Origin: Rouxiella aceris
GTDB taxonomy: Bacteria > Pseudomonadota > Gammaproteobacteria > Enterobacterales > Enterobacteriaceae
Reading direction: 5' to 3'
DNA length: 24,000 nucleotides
Assembly: GCF_012933545.1 (NCBI RefSeq)
Contig: NZ_JAADJU010000005.1
Coordinates: 324,525-348,524, forward strand
Part shown: piece by piece, positions 1 to 8,470 of the stretch
Layout of the letters: every line of letters starts with the position of its first letter
Numbering within the stretch: the first letter of the stretch is position 1
Notes under the pieces: model-generated
The model's database searches: none
What the model was told of the DNA's origin: nothing
What the model saw: the letters and a program-made list of their open reading frames with translations, nothing else
Translations under genes and position numbers: made by a program

Positions 1-2
1 GT

Positions 3-254
<252 letters not shown>

Positions 255-261
255 TCGCTGA

Positions 262-296
262 CTGCCGGACACCCATTGGTGTGCGGCAGCTTTTCT
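262..296 (+). terminator. Rho-independent terminator downstream of the SDR gene
   Basis: Hairpin ctgccggacac (262-272) / gtgtgcggcag (279-289): an 11-bp stem with one mismatch, followed by cTTTTcTcTcc. Confidence 0.65.
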
Positions 297-340
297 CTCC
301 CCGCCTCACTTCCTGCCTTTTCGCACCGCAGCCATAAGTT

Positions 341-357
341 TGCATTATGCTGGTGCA
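341..357 (+). promoter_or_regulatory. NtrC-type enhancer site (TGCATT-N5-GGTGCA) upstream of nac
   Basis: The 17-bp element TGCATTATGCTGGTGCA matches the NtrC dyad consensus TGCACC-N5-GGTGCA at 10 of 12 half-site positions. It lies about 150-160 bp upstream of the predicted sigma-54 promoter. Confidence 0.5.
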
Positions 358-487
358 TACTGACGTTTGATTTCTCTGCCGCCATAGCACATTGCCAAGG
401 CATTTTTCCCCAAGGGTAATCGTTTTTTCTTATTTTATAGGCGATTAGCCGGTCGTACTTTTAAACATTTGTAGATAACTGACTGAT

Positions 488-504
488 TGGCCTGGATCTT
501 GCTG
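488..504 (+). promoter_or_regulatory. sigma-54 (-24/-12) promoter reading toward nac
   Basis: TGGCCTGGATCTTGCTG fits TGGCAC-N5-TTGCW. GG is at 489-490 and GC at 501-502, which is the canonical 12-nt register. The orientation is toward the nac start at 617. Confidence 0.6.
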
Positions 505-616
505 CGTATGGTCACTTGCCAAGGCGAATAAAGTCTTCGCGTAATTATGATCAAGACGTTTTGCGTTAGTCGGGAGTAGCCCCGCGAACCGCTCACCAGG
601 CACGATGGAGACACAG

Positions 617-1540
617 ATGAATCTCAGGCGTTTAAAGTACTTCGTGAAAATCGTCGATATCGGCAGTCTTACCCAGGCCGCCGATGTGTTGCATATCGCG
701 CAACCGGCCTTGAGCCAACAGTTGGCGACGCTTGAGGGAGAGTTAAAACAGCAGTTGCTGGTGCGCACCAAGCGCGGCGTAACACCTACCGAAGCGGGCA
801 ATATCCTGTATGCCCATGCGCAAACCATTTTACGCCAGTGTGAACAGGCACATAGTGCGGTGAACAGCGCCGGACTGGCGCTTAATGGTCAGGTCTCGGT
901 AGGGATGGCTCCGGGCACCGCTGCGTCGCTGTTGGCATTGCCGCTGTTGCAGGCGGTACGCAGTCAACATCCCGGCATTCTGCTCTATTTAAACGAGAAC
1001 TTTGGCAGTGAATTGACCGATCAAACGGTTAATGGCCGCATGGATATGGCGGTGCTCTACGGCAACAAGGCGATCCCGGGATTATCCTTTGTGCCGTTAA
1101 TCAAAGAAGATCTCTATCTGGTTGCCACGCATGCCGTGCCTCATCCGGGAAACTATGTCGAGCTTGCCGATGTCGCCAAACTGAATCTGTTTTTGCCACG
1201 CACTCACGATGTGCTGCGTAAGCTGGTGGATGAGGCAATGGCCTTGCGCCGGTTGTCGGCGAAAGTGATTGGTGAAATAGAATCGGCCACCACGCTGACT
1301 GCCGCCATTGCCAGCGGCCTGGGGGCGACGATTTTACCCGAGTCTGCGGCACGAGCGATTGTCGGCCCGGCCAATGCCTGGATGTCCTGTATCAGTAGCC
1401 CGACCATTCAGGCGCCGCTGTCACTCTGTCTGTCCGATCATCTGCCGCTGTCGCAGCCGGCACAGGCGGTGCAAAAAATTCTGTTGGCATTGGTGGCAGA
1501 AAACCGCGAAGAAGTCCGCACCTTGCTGGCGGTGGGTTAA
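617..1540 (+). CDS. nac: LysR-family nitrogen assimilation control regulator Nac
   Basis: The N-terminus [78 protein letters not shown] is near-identical to E. coli/Klebsiella Nac as I recall it. Similarity continues through ...[32 protein letters not shown] chose the start at the second ATG (617) because GGAGA lies 5 nt upstream and the length (307 aa) matches Nac (~305 aa). The sigma-54/NtrC signals upstream are consistent with this call. Confidence 0.8.
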   Translation: MNLRRLKYFVKIVDIGSLTQAADVLHIAQPALSQQLATLEGELKQQLLVRTKRGVTPTEAGNILYAHAQTILRQCEQAHSAVNSAGLALNGQVSVGMAPGTAASLLALPLLQAVRSQHPGILLYLNENFGSELTDQTVNGRMDMAVLYGNKAIPGLSFVPLIKEDLYLVATHAVPHPGNYVELADVAKLNLFLPRTHDVLRKLVDEAMALRRLSAKVIGEIESATTLTAAIASGLGATILPESAARAIVGPANAWMSCISSPTIQAPLSLCLSDHLPLSQPAQAVQKILLALVAENREEVRTLLAVG

Positions 1541-3129
1541 ATCCCCGGTGCCTTCCACATCGAGGTGGTCAAGCCGCTATCTACCAGGCCAAGCTGGTCG
1601 GCGTAAACTGCCTGCCAGTTGGTTTTTTGCTGCTGATAAAGCTGATGATGCTGCATATTGGGCTGATACTCCCTTTCCCAGCGCACCAGCGCCTCACCGG
1701 TATCGGCCAGCGAGCGATAGAGCCCTGCGGCCACTCCTGCGGCAATGGCACAGCCCAGAGCTGTCGCCTCTTTAACCTGCGGGACTTTTACCGGTTTTCC
1801 GGTTACGTCACTGAGGATCTGACTCCAGAGTTTGCCCTTGGATCCACCACCGGCAAAGACCAGGCTGGAGGCATTAACGCCGGAAAATCCGGCAATCAAT
1901 TCAAGGTTGCAGGCCGAAACAATGGCGGCATTTTCCTCCAACGCCCGAAACAACGTCTGTTTGTTGCACTTATCTGGGTCAATAGACAAATTAATAAATG
2001 ACGGTGCGGCGTGATACCAGTTTTTAAAATGCATGGCATCAGAAAAAATCGGCATAACTCCCCAGGCACCCACCGGCACTCGCGCCGCCATCTCTTCGAG
2101 CAGACTGTAGGTATCGACCCCCAGCCGTTGCGCCAGCAGCTTCTCTTCGCTGCAAAAGGCATCGCGAAACCAGCGCATGGTTAAACCGGTAAAAAAGCTG
2201 ATGCATTCCGCCTGTGCCATCCCGGGGATCACGTGGGGATTAATGCGAATATTCATCTGTGGATCGGTCACCGGATGGGGCAGATTAACCACCTGTTGCC
2301 AGAAGGTGCCGCCAAATACCGCCGTCTGTCCGGCGCGGACCAGTCCCAGTCCCAGCGAACCCAGTTGGACATCGCCGCCGCCCATGCCCACCGGTGTTCC
2401 GGCTAGCAGGCCACACTGTTCGGCACTGCGGGCGCTGAGAGTGCCCAGCAGACTACCGGTCTCCAGTACCGGTGAAAGAATATCGGCGCGTAACCCGGCC
2501 ATTTCCAGCAGCTCCGGGTGCCAACGCCGGGTTTGCAGACTGAGCATCCCGGTGGTCCCGGCATTGGAGGGATCGACTGCCAGCTCGCCGGTCAGCATAT
2601 AAGCCAGCCAGTCACTGATCATGGTCAGCGTTGCTGCCTGGCGATAGATATCGGGACGGTGATGGGCCAGCCACAGCAGTCGGGGCATAGCGCCCAACGC
2701 CAGGGTCTGACCGGAATGCTGGTAGGCCTCGCGTTCAAACTCTCCCTGATGGATCTCCTTCAGCTCGCTGACCTCACGGCTGGCGCGAGAATCCACGTTG
2801 GCACAGGCCCAGATCGGCTCACCGGATTTATCATATAGCACAATGCCTTCACGCATTGAACAGGCAGCGATGGCGGCGATCGCCGAGGCGGGCAAGTGCG
2901 CATTGGCCAGCGCCTGACGGATACATTGGCAGGTCAGCGCCCAGTTTTTTTGCAGGTCAAACTCCATCGACCCCGGAATATCAGTCAATGGATTATGTTG
3001 CCATTCCGCCTGACCCACGGCGATTTGCTGGCCTTCGAGGGAGAAAATCACCGCGCGGACACTGCCGGTGCCGGCATCCAGCGCCATAAGGTAGGAAGCA
3101 TGATGTGATGATGAGCAGGAAGGTTCCAT
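1537..3129 (-). CDS. lsrK: Autoinducer-2 kinase LsrK (FGGY carbohydrate kinase family)
   Basis: The translation from the internal Met (residue 107 of the 636-aa ORF) gives 530 aa. It aligns end to end with E. coli LsrK as recalled: [17 protein letters not shown]..., ...[11 protein letters not shown]..., ...WACANVD-R..., ...[22 protein letters not shown]..., ...LWSQIL-DV-G-PV..., ...GLTTS-WKAPG. GGAGAG lies upstream of the ATG at 3129. Confidence 0.93.
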   Translation of the reverse strand: MEPSCSSSHHASYLMALDAGTGSVRAVIFSLEGQQIAVGQAEWQHNPLTDIPGSMEFDLQKNWALTCQCIRQALANAHLPASAIAAIAACSMREGIVLYDKSGEPIWACANVDSRASREVSELKEIHQGEFEREAYQHSGQTLALGAMPRLLWLAHHRPDIYRQAATLTMISDWLAYMLTGELAVDPSNAGTTGMLSLQTRRWHPELLEMAGLRADILSPVLETGSLLGTLSARSAEQCGLLAGTPVGMGGGDVQLGSLGLGLVRAGQTAVFGGTFWQQVVNLPHPVTDPQMNIRINPHVIPGMAQAECISFFTGLTMRWFRDAFCSEEKLLAQRLGVDTYSLLEEMAARVPVGAWGVMPIFSDAMHFKNWYHAAPSFINLSIDPDKCNKQTLFRALEENAAIVSACNLELIAGFSGVNASSLVFAGGGSKGKLWSQILSDVTGKPVKVPQVKEATALGCAIAAGVAAGLYRSLADTGEALVRWEREYQPNMQHHQLYQQQKTNWQAVYADQLGLVDSGLTTSMWKAPGI

Positions 3130-3379
3130 ATCCGCATTCTCTCCGCTAGCAACGCGAGTTATCTCGCTGGCCGCCAGGGGAGGATGCGCGATGGCGGGAC
3201 ATCGCCTAATAGTGGACGCTATTTGGCAGCGATAACAAATCATTGCCCGGCAAAGTTTGTTAATTGTGATGCGTCTTGCATTTCCAGCCTGCCAGCGGAT
3301 AAGCCGATGTTGTTGCGGCAAATCAGCGACTAAACTCTGACAAGATAACCCCGGCTGACCCAATTCACAGGAGCGCATA

Positions 3380-3673
3380 ATGGAAGTCACCATGGTCGAA
3401 ATTAACGTCAAGGCGGACAAGGTTGAAGAATTTCTGCGGGTGTTCAAATTGAACCATCTTGGTGCAATCGCTGAACCAGGAAATTTGCATTTTGATGTTT
3501 TACAGGACGAAAATATCGCGACGCGCTTTTATATCTACGAAGCCTATCGCGATAGTGATGCGGTTATTGCCCATAAAAAGACGCCGCACTATCTGGCCTG
3601 CGTCGACGCGTTGGAATCATTAATGTCAGAACCGCGCAAAAAAACCAGCTACAAAGGGGTCTTTCCCGAGTAG
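3380..3673 (+). CDS. lsrG: (4S)-4-hydroxy-5-phosphonooxypentane-2,3-dione (P-DPD) isomerase LsrG
   Basis: 97 aa. [57 protein letters not shown] matches E. coli LsrG (96 aa) as recalled. AGGAG lies 7 nt upstream of the ATG. Confidence 0.9.
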   Translation: MEVTMVEINVKADKVEEFLRVFKLNHLGAIAEPGNLHFDVLQDENIATRFYIYEAYRDSDAVIAHKKTPHYLACVDALESLMSEPRKKTSYKGVFPE

Positions 3674-3701
3674 GCGGCAGTAGAGTGCGGGAGGTCCATG
3701 C

Positions 3702-3735
3702 ATGCGGCGGCGATGGCGTTGCCGCATTTATCGTC
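3702..3735 (+). terminator. Possible weak terminator after lsrG
   Basis: The stem atgcggc (3702-3708) / gccgcat (3721-3727) is followed by tttatcgtctatt. The loop is long (12 nt) and the T-tract is poor. Confidence 0.35.
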
Positions 3736-3909
3736 TATTAACCTTACCTCCGTATAATTATCGATAAATAATATATTTTACTGATGCGTTATTGGAAGTA
3801 TTAATAATTAAATGGGTCGGTAAGTTTAAAGTTTATTAATTTTTTGACGGTTATATTTTGGTTAAGGCGTGCGCTGCTATTTTCTACCCTCTGTTAAAAA
3901 GGAGGGTTT

Positions 3910-4842
3910 ATGAGAAAATATCAACTCATCGCGGGCCTTTGCGCTGTATTGAGTGTTAATGTGGCGATGGCCAAAAATAATATTTCATTATCTGCTGATA
4001 ATATTACGATGAATACTTCGCTGGGTTGGTTAGGCGGAGAGTCAAAAGAATATGTTTATGATCCCGAAGACGGTCGCAAAATCAGCCAGCTTGACTGGAA
4101 AATAAAAAATACGGCCATTATTAAAGGAGATATCTCCTGGAATGCCCTGGATTGGTTGACGCTCAATGCCCGCGGTTGGACCACGCTCGCCTCTGGCAGC
4201 GCAGGAATGGACGACTATGACTGGAGCAATCCCGGTCAATCCCACTGGACGGACTGGTCAACGCACCCGCGAACCCGCCTGAATTATGCCAATGAATTTG
4301 ATGTCAATATAAAAGGCTGGGTGCTGGCGCATCCTTATTATCGACTGGGTGGGGTGCTGGGTTATCAGCAAACGCGTTTTAGCTGGACGGCACACGGCGG
4401 CGATTATCAATATGATAATGGCAATATTGTTGGCTCCTTTCCGGATAACCTCAGCGTAATAGGCTATCAGCAAACTTTCAGCGCGCCTTATATTGGTCTG
4501 GTGGGGATGTATCGTTATCGGAATTTTGAATTTAATGCCTTATTAAAATTCAGCGCCTGGGTGCAGGCCAAAGACAATGACGAACATTATCGTCGCAGTC
4601 TGACTTTTCGCGAGAATACGTATCGCTCGCGCTATTACTCCGTTACCCTTGATGCCGGGTATTATGTCACGCCTAACGCTAAGGTCTTCACCGAGTTAAG
4701 CCTGAGTCAATATACTCAGGGGAAAGGCGGCATACATATGATCAATCAGCAAAGCGGGGAGAGCCAGTATCTCGGCGGTGATGCGGCGGGGATCGCCAAT
4801 AAAAATTACAGCATTACTGCGGGTCTACAGTATCGGTTTTAA
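3910..4842 (+). CDS. Omptin-family outer-membrane aspartyl protease (OmpT/Pla/PgtE/SopA family)
   Basis: 310 aa with a signal peptide (MRKYQLIAGLCAVLSVNVAMA). Homology to E. coli OmpT is strong along the whole length: ...GRKISQLDWKIKN-AI-KGDISW..., ...LTLNARGWT-LASGS--MDDYDW..., ...DNDEHY..., ...YYVTPNAKVF-E..., ...GGDAAGI-NKNY--TAGLQYRF. Both catalytic pairs are conserved (D-Y-D in MDDYDW; D-E-H in NDEHY). GGAGGG lies upstream of the ATG. Confidence 0.93.
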   Translation: MRKYQLIAGLCAVLSVNVAMAKNNISLSADNITMNTSLGWLGGESKEYVYDPEDGRKISQLDWKIKNTAIIKGDISWNALDWLTLNARGWTTLASGSAGMDDYDWSNPGQSHWTDWSTHPRTRLNYANEFDVNIKGWVLAHPYYRLGGVLGYQQTRFSWTAHGGDYQYDNGNIVGSFPDNLSVIGYQQTFSAPYIGLVGMYRYRNFEFNALLKFSAWVQAKDNDEHYRRSLTFRENTYRSRYYSVTLDAGYYVTPNAKVFTELSLSQYTQGKGGIHMINQQSGESQYLGGDAAGIANKNYSITAGLQYRF

Positions 4843-4855
4843 ATCACGCTAAACA

Positions 4856-4886
4856 GACCCTGCCAGGCTGAACACCCGGCAGGGTC
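4856..4886. terminator. Bidirectional hairpin between the convergent omptin and MFS genes
   Basis: A perfect 9-bp GC-rich stem gaccctgcc (4856-4864) / ggcagggtc (4878-4886) sits in the 49-bp gap between two convergent stop codons. It is flanked by aaaca on the left and ggcattt on the right. Confidence 0.6.
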
Positions 4887-4891
4887 GGCAT

Positions 4892-6127
4892 TTATGCGTC
4901 GCGTTCACGGGGCTGACTGGCGGGGCGCATCATGGCGTAGATCGCCACCAGCGCCGCCAGAAACCCCGAGGCGGCACCGACTCCCAGCGACCAGCGCGGG
5001 CCAAAATGGTCGGCGACCCAACCAACAATAGGCGCACCAATCGGCGTACCGCCCAGAGCCACGCCGACGCGCAGCGCCATTACCCGTCCGCGCATGGCGG
5101 GCTCGGTGGCCAGTTGCATCAGACTGCTGCTGGTATTGGTAAAGGTGATAGCGGCGATACCGGTGATCACCAAGGCGCCGGCAAAATACCAATAGCCCGG
5201 TGCCATGGCGGCCAGCAGACCGCCGATGCCAAATATTACTGCCCCGATCAACAGTGAAGCAAACTGGGGTCTGTCGCGCCCGGCGGCGATCAGTGCACCG
5301 GACAGCGTGCCAATGGCCATAAACGACGACAACAAACCATAGCCGCGTGCGTCGGTATGAAAGACGCCCACCGCCATGGTGGAAAGAAATATCGGGAAGT
5401 TCAGGCCAAAGGTACCAATTAGAAAGAGCATAATCAGCATGGCTTTCAGATCCGGACGCTGCCAGACATAGCGCAGCCCTTCGCTAAAACTGCCACGTAC
5501 CCGTTGGGCGCGGGCATTACTCCGCAGCTCTGCCACGCGAAATAAACTCAGCGAAGCGAGGACGGCAACAAAACTAATGCCGTTAAGCAAAAATGCCCAG
5601 CCAGTGCCTACCGAAGCGATGGTCAGGCCGGCAATGGCTGGTCCCACCATGCGCGCGGCGTTAAAGGAGGTGGAGTTGAGCGCCACCGCATTGGACAGAT
5701 CCTCTTCGCCAACCAGCTCGGCAACAAAGGTTTGCCGCACCGGGGCATCAAAGGCGGCGGCACTGCCGAACAGAAAGGCGAAGACATAGACATGCCATAG
5801 CTGCACCAGGCCGCTAACGGTAAGCAGACCGAGCAATAACGCCAGCACGCCCATCGTCCCCTGGGTAACCAGCAGTAGTTTGCGCTGATTAAAGTAGTCA
5901 GCGGCGAACCCGGTCCACGGCAATAAGAGCATCTGCGGGCCAAACTGTAGCGCCATAACGATACCCACCGCCGAGGCATTATGGTTGGTCAACTGGGTCA
6001 GAACTAACCAGTCTTGTGCGGTGCGCTGCATCCAGGTGCCAATATTAGAGATCAGTGCGCCGACTGCCCAGACACGATAGTTGAAGCTGCGCAAAGAACG
6101 AAAAGTACCTCGGGTCGCAGTGGTCAT
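4892..6127 (-). CDS. MFS transporter, EntS/MFS_3-like (12-TM efflux-type)
   Basis: 411 aa and highly hydrophobic with about 12 predicted helices. The N-terminal FRSLRSFNYRVWAVGALISNIGTWMQRTAQDWLVL is typical of the enterobactin-exporter-like MFS_3 family. It lies immediately downstream of a MarR gene on the same strand. Confidence 0.85.
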   Translation of the reverse strand: MTTATRGTFRSLRSFNYRVWAVGALISNIGTWMQRTAQDWLVLTQLTNHNASAVGIVMALQFGPQMLLLPWTGFAADYFNQRKLLLVTQGTMGVLALLLGLLTVSGLVQLWHVYVFAFLFGSAAAFDAPVRQTFVAELVGEEDLSNAVALNSTSFNAARMVGPAIAGLTIASVGTGWAFLLNGISFVAVLASLSLFRVAELRSNARAQRVRGSFSEGLRYVWQRPDLKAMLIMLFLIGTFGLNFPIFLSTMAVGVFHTDARGYGLLSSFMAIGTLSGALIAAGRDRPQFASLLIGAVIFGIGGLLAAMAPGYWYFAGALVITGIAAITFTNTSSSLMQLATEPAMRGRVMALRVGVALGGTPIGAPIVGWVADHFGPRWSLGVGAASGFLAALVAIYAMMRPASQPRERDA

Positions 6128-6200
6128 AGGCGGAAGACCGCCGGGGAAACGTGTTCATTATGGGTCATGGTTGCTTGTCCAGACAGAGAGTGGCTATGGT

Positions 6201-6635
6201 TTAAAACTCGGCCAGGCGCTGCAAAAGTTTAACCGCGTCGGCAAGTTGTTGCTGTTCACTGGCAGACAGTTGCGCAAGCATTGCCCGTGTTAGCCAGTCC
6301 TCTTTGACCGCCCGGCTGGCATATAGCTTTTGCCGAAACGTTGGCGTCAGGGCGACCAGCGTCTGGCGGCCATCGTGTGGATCAGGGGTACCGTTGACCG
6401 CTCCCATGGTCTGCAGCGCCGCGACCGTGACGCGCATAGACTGCGGACGTACGCTTTCAGCTCGCGCCAGCGCCGAGACGGTGGCAGGGCCGTCACGATC
6501 CAGACGTAGCAACACCGATTTTTGCGACGAGCTAAAATCACCGGGTTGCGCCTGCTCACGCAAGCGGCGGATCAACTTACCGGCACTAATGCGCACTTCT
6601 GCGGCAAGGGCGGCTAGCTGTAAGGCTTCGGGCAT
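6201..6635 (-). CDS. MarR-family transcriptional regulator
   Basis: 144 aa. The winged-HTH core ...SSSQKSVLLRLDRDGPATVSALARAESVRPQSMRVTVAALQTMGAVNGTPDPHDGRQTLVALTP is the classic MarR pattern (D-x-R at the wing). It is co-directional with, and 73 bp upstream of, the MFS gene. Confidence 0.85.
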   Translation of the reverse strand: MPEALQLAALAAEVRISAGKLIRRLREQAQPGDFSSSQKSVLLRLDRDGPATVSALARAESVRPQSMRVTVAALQTMGAVNGTPDPHDGRQTLVALTPTFRQKLYASRAVKEDWLTRAMLAQLSASEQQQLADAVKLLQRLAEF

Positions 6636-6690
6636 AAGGTGGCCTCAGTATGGGAAAAATTGGCATAACAAGATAAGCAGACTCTAACAT

Positions 6691-6735
6691 AACTACAGTT
6701 TAACTGTACAGTTTACCTGTGTAGTTTTTGTAGTT
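6691..6735. promoter_or_regulatory. Candidate MarR operator: nested perfect palindromes and tandem AGTT-ending units
   Basis: The sequence AACTACAGTTTAACTGTACAGTTTACCTGTGTAGTTTTTGTAGTT contains the perfect dyad TACAGTT-T-AACTGTA (6694-6708), overlapping the perfect 12-bp palindrome AACTGTACAGTT (6702-6713). Two more TGTAGTT half-sites follow. The region lies 56-100 bp upstream of the marR start. Confidence 0.55.
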
Positions 6736-6847
6736 GGCAGCATTGTGCCGCGCATAAAAGGATTTATTCATCAGGGAAGGAGGATTGCCGGGCAGGGGAG
6801 TGCTATCAGGCCTACAGCGACAATGCGCCGCAGGCCTGTGTCAGGTC

Positions 6848-7969
6848 TTAGTAGAGTTCGCCCAGGGATGCGGCGTTAAAATCTTCCAGTTCAGCGGAAT
6901 TGCCGCTGCGGATTTTGCTGACCCAAAGCGGATCGCTGAGAATAGCGCGACCGACGGCGATCAGGTCAAACTCGTTACGTTCCAGGCGATGGATCAGATT
7001 ATCCAGCCCCGCCGGTTTTGAGCCTTCGCCGCTAAAGGATCCCATAAAGTCGCCGGACAGGCCGACCGAGCCGACGCTGATGGTGGCCGCGCCGGTGATT
7101 TTTTTCGCCCAGCCGGCAAAGTTCAGGCCCTGTTCGCCATCAATCTCCGGGAATTCCGGCTCCCAAAAACGACGTTGTGAGCAGTGCAGGATATCGACCC
7201 CGGCTTCGACCAGTGGCACCAGCCAATCGCTCATCTCATCAGGTGTCTGCGCCAGGCGGGTGGCAAAGTCCTGCTGCTTCCATTGGCTCAGGCGCAGGAT
7301 CAGCGGAAAATCATCGCCGACGGCCGCGCGCATGCTTTTTACCACTTCGGCGGCAAAACGCGAGCGCTGCTTGAGGGTGGCACCGCCATATTGGTCAGTA
7401 CGCTGATTGGTGGCGGCCCAAAAGAACTGATCGATCAGATAACCGTGGGCACCGTGGATCTCGGCGACATCAAAACCTAAACGTTTGGCATCGGCGGCGG
7501 CGGCGGCGAAAGCGGCAATGGTATCGGCGATAGCTTCATCGCTCATGGCAACGCCGCGCGGTTGATCGGGCCCGACCAGCCCGGATGGACTTTCCACCGG
7601 CGCTTCAGGGACCCATTCGGTCATAAAGCTGGCCACCGAGCCGGTATGCCAGATCTGTGGGCCCATTTTGCCGCCCGCGGCGTGGACTTCATTGATTACC
7701 CGTTGCCAGCCGGCAAGGGCCGCTTCACCATAAAATAGCGGAATATTTTCGTCGTTCCTTGAGGCCGGGCGATTAATTACCGTGCCTTCCGAGAGGATTA
7801 AGCCCACATCGTTGGCCGCCCGGCGTTGATAATAGGCAGCAATGTTTTCCCCAGGAATACCTTTCGGGGCAAAACTGCGTGTCATGGGGGCCATGACGAT
7901 ACGGTTTTTTAGCGTCAGATTTTTCAGCGTAAAAGGTTTAAATAACGCGTCGACATTTAATGTGGTCAT
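6848..7969 (-). CDS. NADH:flavin oxidoreductase, Old Yellow Enzyme family (alkene reductase-like)
   Basis: 373 aa. The N-terminus LFKPFTLKNLTLKNRIVMAPMTR..., then ...QIWHTG..., ...EIHGAHGYLIDQF... and ...RTDQYGG... are the canonical OYE TIM-barrel FMN and substrate motifs. Confidence 0.88.
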   Translation of the reverse strand: MTTLNVDALFKPFTLKNLTLKNRIVMAPMTRSFAPKGIPGENIAAYYQRRAANDVGLILSEGTVINRPASRNDENIPLFYGEAALAGWQRVINEVHAAGGKMGPQIWHTGSVASFMTEWVPEAPVESPSGLVGPDQPRGVAMSDEAIADTIAAFAAAAADAKRLGFDVAEIHGAHGYLIDQFFWAATNQRTDQYGGATLKQRSRFAAEVVKSMRAAVGDDFPLILRLSQWKQQDFATRLAQTPDEMSDWLVPLVEAGVDILHCSQRRFWEPEFPEIDGEQGLNFAGWAKKITGAATISVGSVGLSGDFMGSFSGEGSKPAGLDNLIHRLERNEFDLIAVGRAILSDPLWVSKIRSGNSAELEDFNAASLGELY

Positions 7970-8004
7970 CGTATTGTTATCTCTTGGGTTAGGAGTTTTT
8001 TATA

Positions 8005-8019
8005 GTATATTATGTATAC
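8005..8019. promoter_or_regulatory. Small dyad GTATA-N5-TATAC in the OYE/hxlR divergent intergenic region (possible HxlR operator)
   Basis: The inverted repeat was read directly from the sequence. It sits in the AT-rich core of the 102-bp divergent promoter region. There is no further support. Confidence 0.3.
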
Positions 8020-8071
8020 CAGACGTCAATCAGGCACCTGCACGCTACCAGGTAGCCAAAAGGAAACCACC

Positions 8072-8470
8072 ATGTCGAACTCGCAACCGGTTTTTTCCGT
8101 TGCTCAATGCCCACACCGTCTGCTGCTCGATCAGATTGCCGATAAATGGTCGGTATTGATCCTCGGTGCACTGTGCGAGAAACCGCTGCGCTTTAATGTG
8201 ATCAAACGGCAACTTGAAGGCATTACGCAAAAAGCGCTAACGCAAAGTCTGCGGAGGTTGCAGCGCAACGGTATTGTGGAACGGCGTGTGATTGCCACTT
8301 CACCGGTGGCCGTCGAGTACGAGATCACACCGCTTGGCCGTACGCTAAAAGAACCTTTTCAGGCTCTCTATAACTGGACCATGACCTATCTACCCGAGGT
8401 GGAACGGGCACGTTTGGCTTTTGATCTTGAAATTAATGATTTACGCGAAGCTTATCAACCTACTGCGTAA
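8072..8470 (+). CDS. HxlR-family (DUF24/MarR-like) transcriptional regulator
   Basis: 132 aa from the ATG at 8072 (AAGGAAA upstream). CPHRLLLDQIADKWSVLILGALCEKPLRFNVIKRQLEGITQKALTQSLRRLQRNGIVERRV...VEYEITPLGRTL is the typical HxlR wHTH signature (C-P ... GDKW ... RF ... L ... I ... LT ... L ... L ... G ... R ... Y ... VEY ... T ... G). Divergent pairing with a flavin reductase is a common arrangement for this family. Confidence 0.85.
   Translation: MSNSQPVFSVAQCPHRLLLDQIADKWSVLILGALCEKPLRFNVIKRQLEGITQKALTQSLRRLQRNGIVERRVIATSPVAVEYEITPLGRTLKEPFQALYNWTMTYLPEVERARLAFDLEINDLREAYQPTA
8366..8467 (+). repeat. Direct repeat copy A (functional 3' end of hxlR)
   Basis: This 102-bp segment recurs exactly 1065 bp downstream (9431-9532), with about 12 substitutions and no indels by manual alignment. 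Confidence 0.85.

Noticed and set aside
445-828. A 127-aa minus-strand ORF spanning the nac promoter and 5' coding region
   Set aside because: It lies antisense to a confidently identified gene and its sigma-54 promoter, shows no recognisable motifs, and has a Cys/Arg-biased composition typical of shadow ORFs in GC-rich frames.
3130-3447. The 106-codon N-terminal extension of the lsrK ORF (the 636-aa version in the ORF track), which would overlap the lsrG start
   Set aside because: The extension is Cys/Arg-rich and not protein-like. Homology to LsrK begins right after the internal Met at 3129, which has a GGAGAG RBS and yields the expected ~530 aa. The extension would also run antisense across the lsrG promoter and start.
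6808-6840. A hairpin caggcct...aggcctg just downstream (on the minus strand) of the OYE gene, considered as a terminator or REP element
   Set aside because: The stem is 7 bp with an 18-nt loop, and there is no U-tract in the required orientation. It has no recognisable REP/ERIC consensus.
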